Positions 60,570 through 64,000 of a stretch of DNA of 64,000 nucleotides are shown in pieces. Made by a program: the position numbers and the translations under genes. The notes beneath the pieces were generated by a model, which saw only the letters and a list, made by a program, of their open reading frames with translations, ran no database searches and had not been told where the DNA came from. Every line of letters begins with the position of its first letter. Position 1 is the stretch's first letter. Where the stretch lies: positions 6,156 to 70,155 of the forward strand of contig CAZGQR010000003.1 of the NCBI GenBank assembly GCA_964527765.1, read 5' to 3'. This DNA is from an uncultured Planctomycetia bacterium (GTDB lineage: Bacteria > Omnitrophota > Gorgyraeia > Tantalellales > Tantalellaceae).

Positions 60570-61519
60570 TTCTGTTTCTTCCCGTTCACCGTTCCGAACC
60601 GTCTGGGTCTGGCGACCCTGTCTATAATGGGCGTGAACGCATTCATGAAAAGGATCGAATACATTACACCCTCGGGAAGCCCGCCCCATATCCTTATTGT
60701 CATCGTTATCAGCCCGCATCCCGCGCCGAAGATCCATCGCCCTTTAGCCGTCACGGGTGACGTTACCGGATCGGTGGCCATGAATGTCGCGCCTATAAGA
60801 AGGCCTCCCGCGAGAACATAAAACAGCGGTGTCATGACCTTGTCCGGGTTAACGATGTGCATGATGCCCGCGAAAACGATCACGGTCCCGATATAAGCTG
60901 CCGGTATCCTGTAATCTATTATCTTGCGGTAAAGAAGGTACCCCAGGCCCAGCAGCAGGGCCAGGGCCGATGTCTCCCCCAGGGACCCGCCCACGTTCCC
61001 CAAAAACATATGCAGGTAGGGCGTAACGCCGTGTTCGAACTTAGCCAGGCCAAGGGGCGTTGCCGTAGTCACGGCATCCAGGGTGATCGGCTGTATCCAC
61101 GTGGTAAGAGCCACCGGGAAGGCGGCCATAAGAAAGGCTCTTGCCAGGAGTGCCGGGTTGAATATATTGAACCCAAGCCCGCCGAAGACCTCTTTGCCCA
61201 GGGCAATGGCGAAAATACCCCCGAGAGCGGCCATCCACAAAGGCAGCGAAGGCGGCAGGACAAACGCCAGTAAAAGGCCGGTTACGACCGCGCTGAGGTC
61301 CCCGATCTTTACCTGTCTGTTCCGCAACCTCTGGAGCGCGTATTCGGTCGCAACGCAGCTCGTGACCGTAACGAGGATAAGCCCGAAGGCGCGCCACCTG
61401 AAAAAATACAAACTGGCCAGAATAACCGGTGTCAATGCCTTGATGACGCCCTCCATCATATAACGGGTGTCCATAGGCGATAAAACATGGGGGGAAACGT
61501 TTATCGTCAGCCTTTTCAT
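60566..61519 (-). CDS. rnfD: Rnf complex subunit D
   Basis: RnfD/NqrB family membrane subunit. Confidence 0.85.
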   Translation of the reverse strand: MKRLTINVSPHVLSPMDTRYMMEGVIKALTPVILASLYFFRWRAFGLILVTVTSCVATEYALQRLRNRQVKIGDLSAVVTGLLLAFVLPPSLPLWMAALGGIFAIALGKEVFGGLGFNIFNPALLARAFLMAAFPVALTTWIQPITLDAVTTATPLGLAKFEHGVTPYLHMFLGNVGGSLGETSALALLLGLGYLLYRKIIDYRIPAAYIGTVIVFAGIMHIVNPDKVMTPLFYVLAGGLLIGATFMATDPVTSPVTAKGRWIFGAGCGLITMTIRIWGGLPEGVMYSILFMNAFTPIIDRVARPRRFGTVNGKKQK

Positions 61520-62847
61520 GTTTTATTCCCGGCCGTTAGCGCGGCCTTCCCTTCCTTTATATACTGGACAAGCGGTATCCTTGCCGGGCAGGAATAGGCG
61601 CAGGCGCCGCATTCCATACAGTCGGCAACGCACAATTTTTCCATTCTGTCCCAGTAGCCTTTCTTTACGTTTTTCGCTATTTCAGTCGGGACAAGGTTGA
61701 CCGGGCACACATCCACGCACTTGGCGCACCTGATGCACTGGCTTTCTTCAAAATCCCTTGCCTGCTGTTCCGATAAAAACAGTATCCCCGACGTGTTCTT
61801 CAGGACGGGTGTATCCGCGTGCGGCTGAGCAAAGCCCATCATCGGGCCGCCGACGATCACCTTCTTCGGGCTTCTGTAAAGTTCCACGCCATACTGTTCG
61901 ATAATGTCGCTGATAGTAGCGCCCACTCTGACAAGGTAATTGCCGGGCCTGTTCAGACAATCGCCCGAAATGGTCACGATCCTTTCAATGAGGGGTTTAT
62001 TGAAATATACCGCTTCATAGATCGCGTGAACGGTTCCCACATTCTGCACGAGAAACCCTATATCCAGGGGAAGTTTGCCCGGCGGGACTTCACGCCCCGA
62101 AACCGCTGTCAGGATCTGCTTTTCGCCTCCCTGGGGATACTTCGTTCTGAGGGGTATTATGCGGATGCGCGACAGGTCCCTGTGCGTGGTATCTTTTATC
62201 GCCTTTTGGAAAGCAAAAAGCGCTGCTTTCTTATTGTCCTCGATCGCTATGTACGTGTTCTTCGGCTGAAGCATTCTGATAACAAGCTCGATGCCTCTAA
62301 GGATCTCCTGTGTCTTCCGGGTCATCAACACATGGTCACAAGTAAGATAAGGTTCGCATTCCGCGCCGTTGATGACCAGGGTTTCTATTTTCTTCCCCTT
62401 CGGAACGGTAAGTTTGACATGAGTCGGAAAGGCGGCTCCTCCCATCCCCACGATCCCGGCGCTCTTCACCTTCTCGATAAGTTCCTGCGGAGAAAGGCCC
62501 TCTATGTCCTGCTTGACGTATTTTTTCGGTCCTTTCTCTTTATCTTTTTCGATAAAGACGGATAACGTGGGGCCCAGGCTGAAATGAAACGCCTTTTTCA
62601 CGTCAATGACCTTGCCGTAGACCGGAGAATGCACGGGGCTTGAGATAAAGCTGGAGCTTGTCCCCAGGGCCTGCCCTTCCTCTACCTGATCCCCCTTTTT
62701 TACGAGGGGCTCGTTGGGAGCTCCGATATGCTGAGATAAAGGAATGACCGCTATATGCGGAAGGGGCGCCTCTCTGAGAGGTTCCCGAACGCTGATATCC
62801 TTGTGATATTGGGGGTGAACGCCTCCCCGGAAACTTAAAGACTTCAT
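61516..62847 (-). CDS. rnfC: Rnf complex subunit C (NADH-binding, 2x[4Fe-4S])
   Basis: GMGGAAFP motif and two C-terminal ferredoxin CxxCxxCxxxCP motifs. Confidence 0.85.
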   Translation of the reverse strand: MKSLSFRGGVHPQYHKDISVREPLREAPLPHIAVIPLSQHIGAPNEPLVKKGDQVEEGQALGTSSSFISSPVHSPVYGKVIDVKKAFHFSLGPTLSVFIEKDKEKGPKKYVKQDIEGLSPQELIEKVKSAGIVGMGGAAFPTHVKLTVPKGKKIETLVINGAECEPYLTCDHVLMTRKTQEILRGIELVIRMLQPKNTYIAIEDNKKAALFAFQKAIKDTTHRDLSRIRIIPLRTKYPQGGEKQILTAVSGREVPPGKLPLDIGFLVQNVGTVHAIYEAVYFNKPLIERIVTISGDCLNRPGNYLVRVGATISDIIEQYGVELYRSPKKVIVGGPMMGFAQPHADTPVLKNTSGILFLSEQQARDFEESQCIRCAKCVDVCPVNLVPTEIAKNVKKGYWDRMEKLCVADCMECGACAYSCPARIPLVQYIKEGKAALTAGNKT

Positions 62848-63012
62848 ATTTTTATCCCGTCCGGTCTGTGGAACCCCGGTGAATTTTCATTATACATGCT
62901 GGAAGTTGTTTGTCAATTGCGACGTGGTCTGCCGATTTCTCTGGTTGAAATAAACGCTCTTTCATTATATAATTATTGCGTTGACTTTTAGTGATAACGG
63001 AAGAAAATCCTC

Positions 63013-63207
63013 ATGGCCAAGAAAAAAACCAAAAAACTGCATTGCTGCGAAAAGTGCCAGAACTACTGGAGCTGCGAAACCAAATGGTACAGGGGCGAAC
63101 ATAATCAGGAGAACATATGCTGCGAGCTCTGCAATTTCTATGAAACCTGCTGGAACCCGGCCCTCAAGACCTCCGGGACAAGAAGCCAGAAAACCTTCAA
63201 ATCTTAA
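63013..63207 (+). CDS. small cysteine-rich protein (64 aa) with an internal repeat CCExCxxYxxC x2
   Basis: Eight Cys arranged as HCCEKCQNYWSCE / ICCELCNFYETCW. GGAAG RBS 11 nt upstream. Divergent from rnfC. Confidence 0.4.
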   Translation: MAKKKTKKLHCCEKCQNYWSCETKWYRGEHNQENICCELCNFYETCWNPALKTSGTRSQKTFKS

Positions 63208-63990
63208 TCGGGAAACCTTCCCGCCGGGCCATTGCCTGCCCTGCCACGCCGACAACCGTAAAAACAATGCCGCTGGCGAGCAATATCGTCAGACCGGTCA
63301 AATATTTGGAAAGATACGCCGTAAGGGCCATGAAAACAAGGAACGCCAGATGCACAACGGCTTCCATGGAACTGAAAATACGGCCCCTGACCTTATCCGG
63401 CACCAGGGTGTGGATCAGGGTATTTGCGCAGATCAATATCGGCGCGGATACCACGCCGATCGCCATTATCAGCACCCCTCCGACGATAAATAGCGGGCTA
63501 TTACCGGCATAGATCGCGAAAAGGCCGACCGTGATCCCGCAAAGGGCCAGACTGGTGAACATTGCGCGTATTTTTGAAAAATTCTGTCCGAACTTTCCGT
63601 ACAGCATCGTTCCCAGGAACAGTCCCGCACCGATAAAGACGCCGAAAAGCCCGAGATCCACAGTGACCGATCCGAACTTTTCCTGGACAAAAACAATAAT
63701 GATGCAGAAAACGGCTCCCGCCCCGGCCATGAGAAGGAACAATACGCTTGTCACCGCTTTCATTTTGTCCTTTTTGAGCATGTACCCGAACCCCTCACCT
63801 ATCTCTCTCCAAAGGTTCCTTCTTATGGACCTTCCGATTATTTCCCTGGTCACATGGATATCCTTCCTGACGTTCGCGATCTCTTTTTTCGGCGTTATAA
63901 CGGCAATGAGGGCCGCGGAGACAAAATAACTTATACTGTCCAGGTAGAACCCCCACATGTGTCCGATCCATTTTATAATGAACCCCGCCA
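63197..63990 (-). CDS. polytopic membrane transporter (MFS-like), N-terminus beyond window edge
   Basis: At least seven TM helices. The frame stays open to the window end, so the gene is 5'-truncated. Confidence 0.5.
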
Positions 63991-64000
63991 GCGCGAACCC

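Overview
This 64 kb window is a gene-dense stretch of bacterial chromosome, almost entirely on the minus strand, from an organism with a Gram-negative-type envelope (BamA, Skp, LpxC, LpxI, LpxB all present). Overlapping stop/start codons are frequent and no rRNA, CRISPR, integrase or transposase was seen.

Gene content in order:
- dxs, xseBA, ymdB-rny, and a nifU/nifS/Rrf2/nfu Fe-S cluster
- bamA-skp-lpxC-fabZ-lpxI, with a Gfo/Idh/MocA gene and lpxB transcribed convergently into lpxI
- dnaB-rplI-rpsR-ssb-rpsF
- a Bacillus-like pth-ctc-prs-glmU-(tRNA-Gln)-spoVG-ispE block
- a split transketolase whose two halves are separated by an FtsH-like protease gene and a hypothetical exported protein
- hisG, a divergent aldolase/alcohol-dehydrogenase pair, ppiD, nrdR, glyA and a purEDMB cluster
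- an initiator tRNA-Met, followed by a giant 3704-aa ORF (43020..54134, minus strand)
- pfkB, eno, purN and an rnfCDGEAB operon

The giant ORF is the standout. Read directly from the translation, it is a mosaic of a signal peptide or anchor, three RsbW/SpoIIAB-like GHKL kinase modules, a SAM-methyltransferase-like module, two winged HTHs, a protein-kinase-like motif, an ECF sigma-factor-like module, a class II (CCA-adding/poly(A) polymerase-like) nucleotidyltransferase head+neck, and an internally duplicated ~105-aa module.

It is bounded on one side by a consensus promoter. On the other side a 213-bp element, flanked by inverted repeats and full of direct and inverted repeats, abuts the tRNA-fMet. 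A second element of the same architecture, with the same TGTCCC/GGGACA core, lies in the aldolase/ppiD divergent intergenic region.

The compact genome style and the giant gene are reminiscent of candidate phyla such as Omnitrophota. That is an inference only, not something the sequence proves.
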